From Blastocatellia bacterium (GTDB lineage Bacteria > Acidobacteriota > Blastocatellia > UBA7656): a stretch of DNA of 64,000 nucleotides. Shown here piece after piece: positions 20,582 through 29,740 of this stretch. Under the pieces are notes generated by a model. That model was given only the letters and a program-made list of their open reading frames with translations, had not been told where the DNA came from and did no database searches. How positions within the stretch are numbered: the first letter of the stretch is position 1; each line of letters opens with the position of its first letter. The DNA lies in the NCBI GenBank assembly GCA_963765495.1, contig CAVXWP010000001.1, positions 96,001-160,000 on the forward strand, given 5' to 3'. The position numbers and the translations under genes are program-made.

Positions 20582-20923
20582 TCAGAGCGGATTGTCAGTA
20601 GTGATTTCAACCGGCAATCCTTCGCCCCAGCCATACTTGTCGCGAGCAAGCTGCTGAGTCGCTTCCCACGCGCTCGTATCGCTTTTGTGGTCCAGCACGC
20701 GAGCCGTCGCCTCATACTCGCGGTCGCCTACGCGCACACGCACGCCGGGGTTGCGCTCAATATTTTTCACCCATTGCGCGTTGTGAAAATGCTCGGCGAA
20801 GATATAGAGCTTGCCCTCGCGTTTGACAAACCATATCTCGATCTCGCGCGGCAGATTTGAAACGCGCCCCTGTGTGGTCAGGTACAGAAATTGAAGCTTT
20901 GATAAATCCTGATCGGCGGGCAT
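20582..20923 (-). CDS. Nitroreductase-family deazaflavin-dependent oxidoreductase (Ddn/DUF385-like)
   Basis: LTTQGRVSNLPREIEIWF, WVKNIERNPGVRVRVG. Start 20923 with GAGGAG SD. Confidence 0.8.
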   Translation of the reverse strand: MPADQDLSKLQFLYLTTQGRVSNLPREIEIWFVKREGKLYIFAEHFHNAQWVKNIERNPGVRVRVGDREYEATARVLDHKSDTSAWEATQQLARDKYGWGEGLPVEITTDNPL

Positions 20924-21069
20924 AAACGCTCCTCTCGCATGAAAGATTTCCGCAATTGCGCGCAATCACCAGTACCGATTAAGCCACATATTTCGGCCGC
21001 CGGACAAGTTGCGGTTCGCTTGACTCGGATCATAGCTCGCTCGTAACCTGAAAGCAGAGGTTTGAAAAG

Positions 21070-21813
21070 ATGGTTGAAGAGATAAGACTGGATGCGCTTG
21101 CGATTGGCGCGCACCCGGATGACGCGGAGTTTTCCTGTGGTGGAACTCTTTTGAAACTGATCTCTCTGGGCTATCGCGTAGGCATACTCGACATGGCGCG
21201 TGGAGAGATGGGCACTCGCGGCAATGCCGAGACACGAGCGCGCGAGGCCGAAGAGGCTGCAACGGTTCTGGGGCTTGTGGTGCGCGACAACCTCGAAGCG
21301 CCCGATGCTCACATCTGGCTGACCGAAGACACCCGCACGCGAATGGTGCGCAAGATTCGCAAGTATCGCCCGCGCATTATCTTCACACATTATTGGGAAG
21401 ACCCTCACCCCGACCACGCGCACACCTGCCAGATAGTGCGCGAAGCCTCGCATGTGGCGGGGTTGGCAAAATACGACGCCGAATCAGGGCAGGAACGGTT
21501 CCGCCCACAGGCCATCGCGCATTTCCTGTTCCCGCGCACTGTCGTGCCTACCTTCGTGGTGGACATCAGCGACTTTGCCCCAAAGAAGCAGGCCGCCGCC
21601 GAGTGTTATCGCTCTCAGCTTTACGACCCGGCTAGCGCCGAGCTTGAAACCGTTATAAGCGACAAAGGGTTCCTCCGCAGGCTGGAATCCCGCCAGAGGT
21701 TTTACGGTGACCTGATTTCCGTAGAACACGCCGAAGCCTTTGTCGTGCGCGAAGCTCTCAATGTTCACGACCCCGTAGAATTGTTGTCGCGAAGAATGAA
21801 TATTTATAGCTAG
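21070..21813 (+). CDS. bshB1: Bacillithiol biosynthesis deacetylase (PIG-L family)
   Basis: GAHPDDAE, GEMGTRG, DPHPDH; directly upstream of bshA. Confidence 0.9.
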   Translation: MVEEIRLDALAIGAHPDDAEFSCGGTLLKLISLGYRVGILDMARGEMGTRGNAETRAREAEEAATVLGLVVRDNLEAPDAHIWLTEDTRTRMVRKIRKYRPRIIFTHYWEDPHPDHAHTCQIVREASHVAGLAKYDAESGQERFRPQAIAHFLFPRTVVPTFVVDISDFAPKKQAAAECYRSQLYDPASAELETVISDKGFLRRLESRQRFYGDLISVEHAEAFVVREALNVHDPVELLSRRMNIYS

Positions 21814-21922
21814 GGGCCAGGGGCCGGGGGCCGGTTATAGATGGAAGATCACAGTATTAGCAAATTGCCGGGGCATCGGCGTAATGACTCGACACCGGCC
21901 CCCGGCGAAGCCCTGGCTCCTA
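21811..21922. repeat. 7-mer inverted-repeat hairpin from the bshB1 stop to the bshA start
   Basis: TAGGGGCCAGGGGCCGGGGGCCGGT pairs with ACCGGCCCCCGGC(gaag)CCCTGGCTCCTA: 25 bp with one G-U pair and one 4-nt bulge. Confidence 0.85.
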
Positions 21923-23058
21923 TGAAAATCGGCATCACCTGTTATCCAACCTACGGCGGGAGCGGCATCGTCGGCGCAGAGCTTGGGCTTGAGCTTGCAA
22001 AGCGGGGACACTCGATCCATTTCATCAGTTATGCGCCACCGATGAGGCTCGGTGACGGCGGCACCACCCGTGACCGGGTTCACTTCCACGCGGTAGACAT
22101 GCTCAGCTATCCGTTGTTTGAGTATCCGCCTTACACCGACGCCCTGGCATCAAAGCTGTTTGAAGTGGCCCGCGATGAATCGCTCGATCTGGTTCACATG
22201 CATTATGCGATACCGCACGCCGTGAGCGCCCATCTGGCGCGCGAAATGCTTCGCCCCTCGCGTTACCTGCCGGTTGTGACCACCCTCCACGGCACGGATA
22301 TAACTCTTGTTGGCCGTGATCCGTCTTTTCTGCCTATCACGCGGTTTGGCATAGAGCAATCGGATGCGGTGACATCGATATCGAATTACCTGCGCAAGGC
22401 TACCCTTGATACCTTCGGCATCAACTGCCCGATAAGAGTGATCTATAATTTCATAGACGCGAATTATTATCGCCGCACGCCGCACGAAGAGTTGAGAAGA
22501 CGTATCGCTCCCGACGGCGAAAAGATCCTATTGCATATCTCTACATTTCGCCCGGTCAAGCGAATCACCGATTGCATAAAAGTCCTCGCGCTCATTCGCA
22601 AAAGCGGGCTGGGCGCAAAACTTGTGATGTGCGGAGACGGGCCTGAGCGTCAGGGGGCCGAGCGGCTGGCCGCGCGTCTCGGAGTCGCCGACTGCATCAA
22701 GTTCGTGGGCAAACAGCCTCAGTCTCAGATAAGAGATTATCTATCGCTTGCCGATCTGTTGCTGCTGCCTTCTCTTACCGAGTCGTTCGGGTTGGTTGCG
22801 CTTGAAGCGATGGCGTGCGAAGTCCCGGTCATTGCCACTCGCGTTGGCGGCATACCCGAAGTCGTTGTGGAAGGCGAGACCGGATATATGTTTGATGTAG
22901 GCGATGTGCGGACGATGGCGGAGGCGGCGCTCTCGATTCTGACCGATGACCGCAGGCGCGAAGAGATGGGAAAGAAGGGAAGGGTGTCGGCCGTTACGCG
23001 TTTCTCTACCGAAAGCATTATCCCGCAATATGAAGACCTCTATCGCTCAATAATCTGA
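21922..23058 (+). CDS. bshA: N-acetyl-alpha-D-glucosaminyl L-malate synthase (GT4)
   Basis: [15 protein letters not shown] start, [32 protein letters not shown]. Confidence 0.96.
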   Translation: MKIGITCYPTYGGSGIVGAELGLELAKRGHSIHFISYAPPMRLGDGGTTRDRVHFHAVDMLSYPLFEYPPYTDALASKLFEVARDESLDLVHMHYAIPHAVSAHLAREMLRPSRYLPVVTTLHGTDITLVGRDPSFLPITRFGIEQSDAVTSISNYLRKATLDTFGINCPIRVIYNFIDANYYRRTPHEELRRRIAPDGEKILLHISTFRPVKRITDCIKVLALIRKSGLGAKLVMCGDGPERQGAERLAARLGVADCIKFVGKQPQSQIRDYLSLADLLLLPSLTESFGLVALEAMACEVPVIATRVGGIPEVVVEGETGYMFDVGDVRTMAEAALSILTDDRRREEMGKKGRVSAVTRFSTESIIPQYEDLYRSII

Positions 23059-23091
23059 TTTGGGATTTCGAACCTCATACCTCAAAACCTG

Positions 23092-24966
23092 TTAACCCTG
23101 CCTGAGCATTTCGACCAGGAGTATGGACACGGCCGCCGGTGTGATGCCCGGTATTCGGGCCGCCTGTCCGATGGTTCGAGGGCGAACGGTTCCGAGTTTC
23201 TGCACGACTTCGTTTGAGAGCCCTGAAATCCTCGAAAAATCCGTGTGAGTCGGTATTTCGAGCGCGTCGTAACGGCCCCGCTTGCGGGCAAGCGATTCCT
23301 GATCTTTCAGATAGCCCGAATACCTAATGTCATTAAGCGCGACTGCAATCTCTTTTTCGTGAATCGCTCCCGGCGTGCGCGCCTTGATGATTTCGACCAA
23401 CCTCTCGGAATTGAAATCGGGCCGACGCGCTAGATAATCGAGACGTTTGCCTTTGACGGCTTCGGGCGAGCCTTCAAGGTCCAAAGCATCGGCAAGTTCG
23501 GCGGCCATTTCGCTGACCTTTGTGTCGGCAAGAAACTCTCTCACCGTTTTCACATCCCGCTGGCGCGCGAGAAAGGCTTCATAATCGCGCTCACCAACCG
23601 AGCCTATTTCGCAGGCAAGCCGTGTGAGTCGCTGGTCTGCGTTGTCGTATCGCAGAGACAGACGCATCTCGGCCCGCGAGGTGAACATGCGATAAGGCTC
23701 GTCGGCCCCGCTCGTGACCAGATCGTCTATCATAACCCCGATGTAGCTCTCTTTGCGGTCGAGCGCGAAGGGCTCGCGTCCGAGGGTTTTGAGCGCGGCG
23801 TTTATCCCCGCGACAATCCCCTGTCCGGCGGCTTCTTCGTAACCTGACGTGCCGTTTATCTGCCCCGCGTGAAACAGACCGCTAACCTGCTTTGTCTCAA
23901 GCGTAGAGTAAAGCTCGCGCGGGTCTACGAAATCATACTCGACTGCGTATCCGGGTCTGAGCATCTTCACGTTTTCAAGACCCGGTATGCGGTGAACCAT
24001 CTCGAGTTGCACCTCTTCGGCAAGACTCGTAGAGATGCCGTTCGGGTAGACCTCGTAGGTCGTGTAGCCTTCGGGTTCGAGAAATATCTGGTGGCGTGGC
24101 TTCTCGCTGAACTTCACAACCTTGTCTTCAATCGAAGGGCAATAGCGCGGGCCAATGCCTTGAATGTCGCCGCTGTAGAGGGGCGATTTATCCAGGTTGC
24201 GGCGGATCACATCGTGTACTTCTTCGTTTGTGTATCCGATAAAGCACTCGATTTGCGGGCGATTAATCTCGCGGGTCTTAAAGGAAAAAGGCACGGGGCG
24301 ATCATCGCCCGGCTGGCGTTCGAACTGCGAGTAATCAATCGTCCGCCCGTCGAGCCGGGGCGGCGTGCCGGTCTTGAGCCTGCCGGTCTTGAACCCGAGG
24401 CTGCGCACACAGGCGGCAAGCTTTATCGAGGCAGGCTCGCCGCTGCGGCCCGCCTGAAAGGTTCTCTTCCCAACGTGGATCAACCCGTTCAGGAATGTCC
24501 CGGTGGTCAAGACTACGGCCCGGCCTTCGATCACGCGGCCGTCTGCCAGCCCTATGCCTGTGACAACTGCGTGAGCGAATTTGATTTCGGCCACTTCGCC
24601 TTCGATGATAGTCAGATTTTCTGTAAGGCCGAGGCGGCGGCGCATTTCGCTGCGGTAAAGATTTCTGTCGGCCTGCGCTCGCGGAGACTGTACGGCGGGG
24701 CCTCGGCTGCGATTGAGCAGGCGAAACTGTATGCCGGTCGCGTCAATGACTTCGCCCATGATGCCGCCGAGCGCGTCAACTTCGCGCACGAGATGGCCTT
24801 TGGCTATGCCGCCGATTGCCGGATTGCAACTCATCTGCCCGATTGAATTTGTATCAATCGTGACGAGCGCGGTTCGCGCGCCCATCCGCGCCGCGATATA
24901 TGCGGCCTCACATCCGGCGTGCCCCGCGCCGATAACGATAACGTCGAAAGATGCGTGATTGCTCAT
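23092..24966 (-). CDS. mnmG: tRNA uridine-5-carboxymethylaminomethyl modification enzyme MnmG/GidA
   Basis: [67 protein letters not shown]. Confidence 0.99.
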   Translation of the reverse strand: MSNHASFDVIVIGAGHAGCEAAYIAARMGARTALVTIDTNSIGQMSCNPAIGGIAKGHLVREVDALGGIMGEVIDATGIQFRLLNRSRGPAVQSPRAQADRNLYRSEMRRRLGLTENLTIIEGEVAEIKFAHAVVTGIGLADGRVIEGRAVVLTTGTFLNGLIHVGKRTFQAGRSGEPASIKLAACVRSLGFKTGRLKTGTPPRLDGRTIDYSQFERQPGDDRPVPFSFKTREINRPQIECFIGYTNEEVHDVIRRNLDKSPLYSGDIQGIGPRYCPSIEDKVVKFSEKPRHQIFLEPEGYTTYEVYPNGISTSLAEEVQLEMVHRIPGLENVKMLRPGYAVEYDFVDPRELYSTLETKQVSGLFHAGQINGTSGYEEAAGQGIVAGINAALKTLGREPFALDRKESYIGVMIDDLVTSGADEPYRMFTSRAEMRLSLRYDNADQRLTRLACEIGSVGERDYEAFLARQRDVKTVREFLADTKVSEMAAELADALDLEGSPEAVKGKRLDYLARRPDFNSERLVEIIKARTPGAIHEKEIAVALNDIRYSGYLKDQESLARKRGRYDALEIPTHTDFSRISGLSNEVVQKLGTVRPRTIGQAARIPGITPAAVSILLVEMLRQG

Positions 24967-25038
24967 TCTTGCTAAATCCAACTTCTCAATTTTGCCGGAG
25001 CGTTTAGCCCCGGCCATGTAATCTTAGCAGATTTTATA

Positions 25039-25193
25039 TTTTGACAGGATTAACAAGATTCTTTTTTAATCTGAGGAGGGTCAGGCAATTCCCCGCAGCT
25101 TGCTGCGGCTCCATTTCCTCCCCTCTTGCGCGATACCTCGCAGCTTGCTGCGAGGAGCTTCATTCTTCTTGAATCCTGTAAATCCTGTCAAAA
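25039..25193. repeat. ACAGGATTA-family inverted repeat with a nested two-palindrome element
   Basis: Outer arms ttttgacaggattaacaagattc / gaatcctgtaaatcctgtcaaaa. Confidence 0.8.
25073..25163. mobile_element. Putative IS200/IS605-type non-autonomous element (twin subterminal hairpins); ends approximate
   Basis: CCGCAGC-tt-GCTGCGG (25093-25108) and CCTCGCAGC-tt-GCTGCGAGG (25136-25155) with a short spacer and no ORF. Confidence 0.5.
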
Positions 25194-25212
25194 AAATAGA
25201 GCGTTCCAGATT

Positions 25213-26646
25213 TCACCTGTCGGTCTGTGACCCGGCCGCTTCCTTCTTCGGCAAGGAAAACGGCAATTTGTCGGGCGTTACGCGCACGCCGGTCGTGAAC
25301 TTGAAGGGATACTTTCCACCGCTCGGGAAGGTCATCTCTACAAAGTAGGCCGTGTAGCCTTCGGTCGGGGGCGCAACGCGGGCGTGGTACACTCCGTCTT
25401 TTTCCGCCGCGAGCGGAGAGCTTTTGTAGGCCGGGCCGATAATGTCGAGCCGGAAATCGCGCGCCTTCGGGTTGGTCGCCTGCCAGAGCTTTACTTCCAC
25501 GGGCTTGTCTTTTGTCTCGACCGTGATCGAGCCGTCCTTTTCAAACTTCCACGTAAATCGCGGGCGCGCCCTGTTTGTTACGAGCGCCTCAAAAAAGGAG
25601 AAAAGGCTCGCGGGCGCATCACTGTTTTTCAGGTCGTGTTTTGTGTTCGGCACATAACGCAGATACTTTTCCCCCTTCAGATCGTCGTAGTAAAACTGCG
25701 ACGAGTCGGGCAAAAAGTATTGATCGCCGGTCGAATTCATTATCAGCTTTGGCATCGTCAGCCGGTCGCGATAAGAATAAGGGTCTTCGATCTTCATCAG
25801 CGCAGCATACTCGGGCGTCCCCGCCCATTCGTGTATATGATTGTAATCCGCGATGGCCGGTGCCCAGAATCCGTAAGCCCGGTAGTGATGCTCCATCGCC
25901 TTCGCGTTGTTTAAGACATCGATAACAATCGGGATGATCCCGACCACTCGATCATCAACGGCGGCCGTGGTCCACGTAGTCCAGCCGCGTTTCGACCCCC
26001 CGGCCACGATAAATTTATCTACTTTCACATTTCCGCGTTCGGCGCTGCCCAAAAAGGCTGTGATCGTATCGAGCGCCCGCACCGCCGCCTTTGTCATCGG
26101 CAGGCGCAGGGGCCACGTCTCGTCACCCGTCTTCAGATATTTCTCCCACGTGTAGGCGATGATTTCGTCTTCGGTTCTCGGTTTGCCTTCATCCTTGAAG
26201 ATCAGAGGCTCGTTTGGAATCATGCGCAGATCGGCTACGACCGCGTGAGTGCCAACCGCTGCCGACACGAAAGCGGGATCGGCTCCACCTGGCACCTTGC
26301 CGTTATTCGAGCCGCCGTTGATAAAGAGCAGCGCCGTCGAAGTATCCACCTTGTCCGGTTGTATGATCGTCAACCAGTGCTTCCATAAGGGGCGGTCCAC
26401 TTCGTCGGCGGTGCGCCACTGTTGCGATGTCATCTCAAGTATGAATACCGTGTTGCCTTCGCCCTTGACCGTCTTAACCAGGTTGTAACTGTAATTGGGA
26501 TCGGGCTTGAAGACGTAGCGGTCGAGTGCCGTCTGCTTACGGCTGTCGCGCTCGCGCTGTCCGGCATAACCGGAGCCGACCATAATCAAGGCAAACGCGA
26601 GCAGAGTGATAAAACGGATAATCGGCCTGCGATTTCTGATTGTCAC
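25213..26646 (-). CDS. Secreted PhoPQ-activated protein PqaA family (alpha/beta hydrolase-like)
   Basis: MTSQQW..WKHWL, EDEIIAYTW, RLPMTKAA, GGSKRGWTTW, DPYSY, GDQYFLPDS; signal peptide. Confidence 0.9.
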   Translation of the reverse strand: MTIRNRRPIIRFITLLAFALIMVGSGYAGQRERDSRKQTALDRYVFKPDPNYSYNLVKTVKGEGNTVFILEMTSQQWRTADEVDRPLWKHWLTIIQPDKVDTSTALLFINGGSNNGKVPGGADPAFVSAAVGTHAVVADLRMIPNEPLIFKDEGKPRTEDEIIAYTWEKYLKTGDETWPLRLPMTKAAVRALDTITAFLGSAERGNVKVDKFIVAGGSKRGWTTWTTAAVDDRVVGIIPIVIDVLNNAKAMEHHYRAYGFWAPAIADYNHIHEWAGTPEYAALMKIEDPYSYRDRLTMPKLIMNSTGDQYFLPDSSQFYYDDLKGEKYLRYVPNTKHDLKNSDAPASLFSFFEALVTNRARPRFTWKFEKDGSITVETKDKPVEVKLWQATNPKARDFRLDIIGPAYKSSPLAAEKDGVYHARVAPPTEGYTAYFVEMTFPSGGKYPFKFTTGVRVTPDKLPFSLPKKEAAGSQTDR

Positions 26647-26754
26647 TGATGATTCCTCCCCGTCAGTTTAATTGCTTCCTTACGATGGTTTCCACTGGGT
26701 AAATCATACCGCAAGAGATCGGCGCTGATAAAAGTGAGTGTGAAGAGTTGAGCT

Positions 26755-26810
26755 AGACAGGATTAAGAAAGAATCTTGTTCAATCCAATCTAATCCTGTT
26801 AATCCTGTCT
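26755..26810. repeat. ACAGGATTA-family inverted repeat
   Basis: agacaggattaa ... taatcctgttaatcctgtct. Confidence 0.75.
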
Positions 26811-26820
26811 CGCTCTCAGC

Positions 26821-27978
26821 TCAGTTCTTCTTTTTATTCTCTTCGGGCAAACGGCGCGGCTCGTAATAAGGTTTGCTGCCGAGCTTTTGAACCTCCTTCG
26901 TAAAGGTCGTGCCGTAGTCGCGTTCGGCATCGCTGAGCGCCCACGCCTGCCGCTTGTAATTCCAGTTGTCCGGGGCGAGTCGTTGCGCCTCCTTGAAATG
27001 CGGAATCGCATCCGGGCCAAAGCCCTTTCCATAAAGGTATTCGGCCAGCGCGAATTCCGAATCGGCCAGCGCGCGTTCTTGATTCTGTGGTTTGAAGTGC
27101 GCCTTCAGTTCCTGCTCGCTCAAAACATATCGGCTGTTGTCGCCGTTTTGCGCCCAGTCGCGTATGGCATCAAGGTAAGGCTCGGCTTCGATGTTGTGAT
27201 AAGCCTTGAAACGGTTGTCAACATAAGCCACTTCGGGCGGTCGTACTATTCGACCCTGTTCGTTTATCCAGACCGCCGTCGGGACGTTCACCAAATCATA
27301 AAGTTGAGTGACCGCGTGTTTGTCATCAATCAGCACCGTATAATCGAGTTTCTCGCGGGTGATCCACGGGCCGGCATCTTTTACGCCCCCGGTGTCTTGA
27401 GCTATGGAAACGATTTCGAAATTCTTGTCCTTCAACTCCTGATAAAGCTTTTGCCATCCTGGCAAATCGAACCGGCAGCCTCACCACGAAGCCCAGGTCA
27501 AAAGCAATACCTTTTTGCCTCGGAACTCCGCGAGCGAATGCGTCTTCCCGTTCATATCGGGGAGTGTGAAATCGGGCGCTTCAAGGCTTGAGAGCCGGTC
27601 ATTTATCTCTTCCGAGCGCGAGCCGAAATACCATACGCCGTGCTTTTCATCGGAGGCAAAAGGCTGCTTGATGAGCCGGGCAAATTCGGTCAGGTTGAAC
27701 CACGAGACCCCGCCCTTTTTGGAAATGAAGTCAGCCTTTCGCGCTTTCGGCAACGGAAAGCAAAGCTCATCCCGACAGACTCCCTGTGGCTTTACTTCGA
27801 ATCGGGTGGCGCGCTTGAGGTCTTTCATCGTCACCCACAAATCCTTTGACTCAGCCGCCGCCGCGCCGATTTCTACGGCCACGCCGTCATAGATAACCGT
27901 GCGACGGCTATGGTCGGAAGCTGTGGCTGCGATACCCGCGCAGCACATCACAACAGCGCATAGAAATGCTTTGAGCAT
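26821..27978 (-). CDS. Exported redoxin (TlpA/ResA-like thioredoxin fold) selenoprotein with C-terminal TPR-like helix pair; Sec at codon 166, 385 aa
   Basis: ORFs 27481-28068 and 26821-27465 are in the same frame, separated by a TGA at 27481-27483 in ...LLTWASW-TGA-GCRFDLPGWQ..., the attacking-Cys position. ATG 27978 has an AAGGAG SD. Confidence 0.88.
27443..27483 (-). promoter_or_regulatory. Putative bacterial SECIS element
   Basis: mRNA reads UGA GGCUGCCGGUUCGA UUUGCCA-GGA-UGGCAAA AGCUUUA: a perfect 7-bp stem (27450-27466) with a G-starting loop 21 nt after the UGA. Confidence 0.75.
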
Positions 27979-28099
27979 AAAAGTCTCCTTCGTTACAGAT
28001 CGGTTACTCAACGCCCGCCCGACGTTTGTAGTGTTTGTGATGATATACAAAGGCCGGAGGCCGGGCAAGAAAACGATGGTTTTAATGTGAAGATGACAA

Positions 28100-29389
28100 T
28101 TAAAACGGGGGAGCGAGGATCACGCCCTGCCCTGTGCTAAATACCCCTGCGACGCACCCTGTCATCAAGGTGGCAAGCGTGGCGGCAAGCAGCGCGCGAA
28201 AGCCGAGGCTTGCAAGATCGTCGCGCCGCTCAGGCACAAGGGCGGCCGTCGCGCCTACGAATATCGCTACCGAAGCCACGTGCGCAAAGCCGCACAGCGC
28301 ATAGCTCAGAATCACGACCGTTCGCGGGTCGGTTAACTGTCCACCCGCGACCATCTGTCCCATATCCTGATACGAAACTACCTCGGTCAGAATCACCCTC
28401 TCGCCAAGCAATCGAGAAGCTTCCGAAAGATCGGCCCGGGCGATGCCGAGCAAGGCCGCGAGGGGATAAAAAATCCAGCTCAGAATCTTAACCAGCGAAA
28501 TCGGCTCTACAAGCCCGAACCATCGGCTCGGCCACGCGAGCAATTTGTCTGCGAGCGAGACCAGCCCGAGCATCGCAATCAGCAGCGCCGAAATCCCCGC
28601 GGCCAGTTTCACGCCCTCCATCGCGCCCGAGATTATCGCGCCCATCAGATTGCGCGAGCGCGACGCTTCGTCCTCGGGCGGGAGGGCGCTCAGAGTCTCG
28701 GGCGTCTCGGTTTCGGGCAACAGGAGCTTTGTCGTGACTACGACCGCAGGTATGGAAAGCACCGACGCAGAGAGCAGATGCCCGGCGATCTGTGGAAAGG
28801 ATGATTGCAGAAAAGCTACGTAAATGCCGAGCGTAGTCGAAGCCACGGTCGCCATCCCGGAGCCGAGTATCGTCAGCAACTCCGATTGAGTCATCTGTCC
28901 GAGGTAGGGCCGGATGACGAGCGCCGATTCGACGCCCACAAAAATGTTTGCCGCGCTGCACAACGATTCCGCGCCGCTGATGCTCATCGTGCGATGAAAC
29001 ACCTTTGCGCAGAATCGGACTATGACCTGTAGTATGCGCAGATGGTAAAGCGCCGCCGTGAAGGCCGAAAAGAAGATGGCGATTGGCAGGGCTTGAAAAA
29101 GGAGAATAAAGCCTACAGACCCCGGCTCTCCGGGTGCGGCGGCAAGCGGCCCGAGCAGAAAAGTCGATCCGCTTTTTGAGGCATCGAGCAAGGCCAGGAC
29201 CCCGTCGTTGAGCCAGATAAAGACCTGCTGCGCTCCCGGCAGGCGAAAGATCAAAAGACCAAAGACGAGTTGCAGTCCCATCCCCCAGCCAATCGTCTTC
29301 CAATTCACGCGGCGGCGATTGGAGGAAAGAAGCCAGGCTATCAGGGCGAATGCAAAAAAACCGCCGAGCGAAATCAGGTTGTGTAGCAT
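28100..29389 (-). CDS. nupC: Concentrative nucleoside transporter (NupC/CNT family)
   Basis: [37 protein letters not shown]; many TM helices. Confidence 0.92.
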   Translation of the reverse strand: MLHNLISLGGFFAFALIAWLLSSNRRRVNWKTIGWGMGLQLVFGLLIFRLPGAQQVFIWLNDGVLALLDASKSGSTFLLGPLAAAPGEPGSVGFILLFQALPIAIFFSAFTAALYHLRILQVIVRFCAKVFHRTMSISGAESLCSAANIFVGVESALVIRPYLGQMTQSELLTILGSGMATVASTTLGIYVAFLQSSFPQIAGHLLSASVLSIPAVVVTTKLLLPETETPETLSALPPEDEASRSRNLMGAIISGAMEGVKLAAGISALLIAMLGLVSLADKLLAWPSRWFGLVEPISLVKILSWIFYPLAALLGIARADLSEASRLLGERVILTEVVSYQDMGQMVAGGQLTDPRTVVILSYALCGFAHVASVAIFVGATAALVPERRDDLASLGFRALLAATLATLMTGCVAGVFSTGQGVILAPPF

Positions 29390-29479
29390 CGCGGACCACA
29401 CTCTACTGTTTTATCACTCGGCAAACAAGAGCTTGTTTAAGCAGCAATTCTCGGTTTAGAGGAAATCGCACCGGGATAT

Positions 29480-29543
29480 ACCACGAAACACACTAAATAC
29501 ACGAATAATTCTTCTATTTCGTGTGCTTCGTGTATTTCGTGGT
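29480..29543. repeat. Inverted-repeat element (CACGAA 9/10-mer family)
   Basis: accacgaaacacactaaatacacgaa ... ttcgtgtgcttcgtgtatttcgtggt, at the left edge of the accessory region. Confidence 0.75.
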
Positions 29544-29586
29544 TCACTTCTTGTTAAGACAGAATTTCTAAACCGAGAATTGCTGG

Positions 29587-29703
29587 AATCAGGTTTGGTC
29601 GAGCGACATAACGTACGTGCGATTAGTTGGCGGCTTTCTTTATCTGATGGCGATCATCGACTGGTACAGCCGTTATGTGTTGGAGTGGGGACTGTCGGTG
29701 ATG
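29587..29703 (+). mobile_element. IS3-family transposase (rve integrase core) fragment
   Basis: Translates NQVWSSDITYVRLVGGFLYLMAIIDWYSRYVLEWGLSVM, carrying the first catalytic Asp motif of IS3 OrfB; truncated at both ends. Confidence 0.85.
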
Positions 29704-29740
29704 ATATGCCCTCCCCCTATTCAGCCGATTAAGCTCGCTT

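Noticed and set aside
27481-27483. TGA as a simple nonsense mutation or alternative genetic code
   Set aside because: TGA terminates many ordinary genes here (atpA, atpG, glgC, clpS), so it is not reassigned; its position at the redox nucleophile plus the downstream hairpin favours Sec over a pseudogene, pending a check for sel genes.
477-29543. Short periodic repeats as CRISPR arrays
   Set aside because: Units are 7-10 nt, tandem and inverted, with no unique spacers between 23-47 nt direct repeats and no cas genes.
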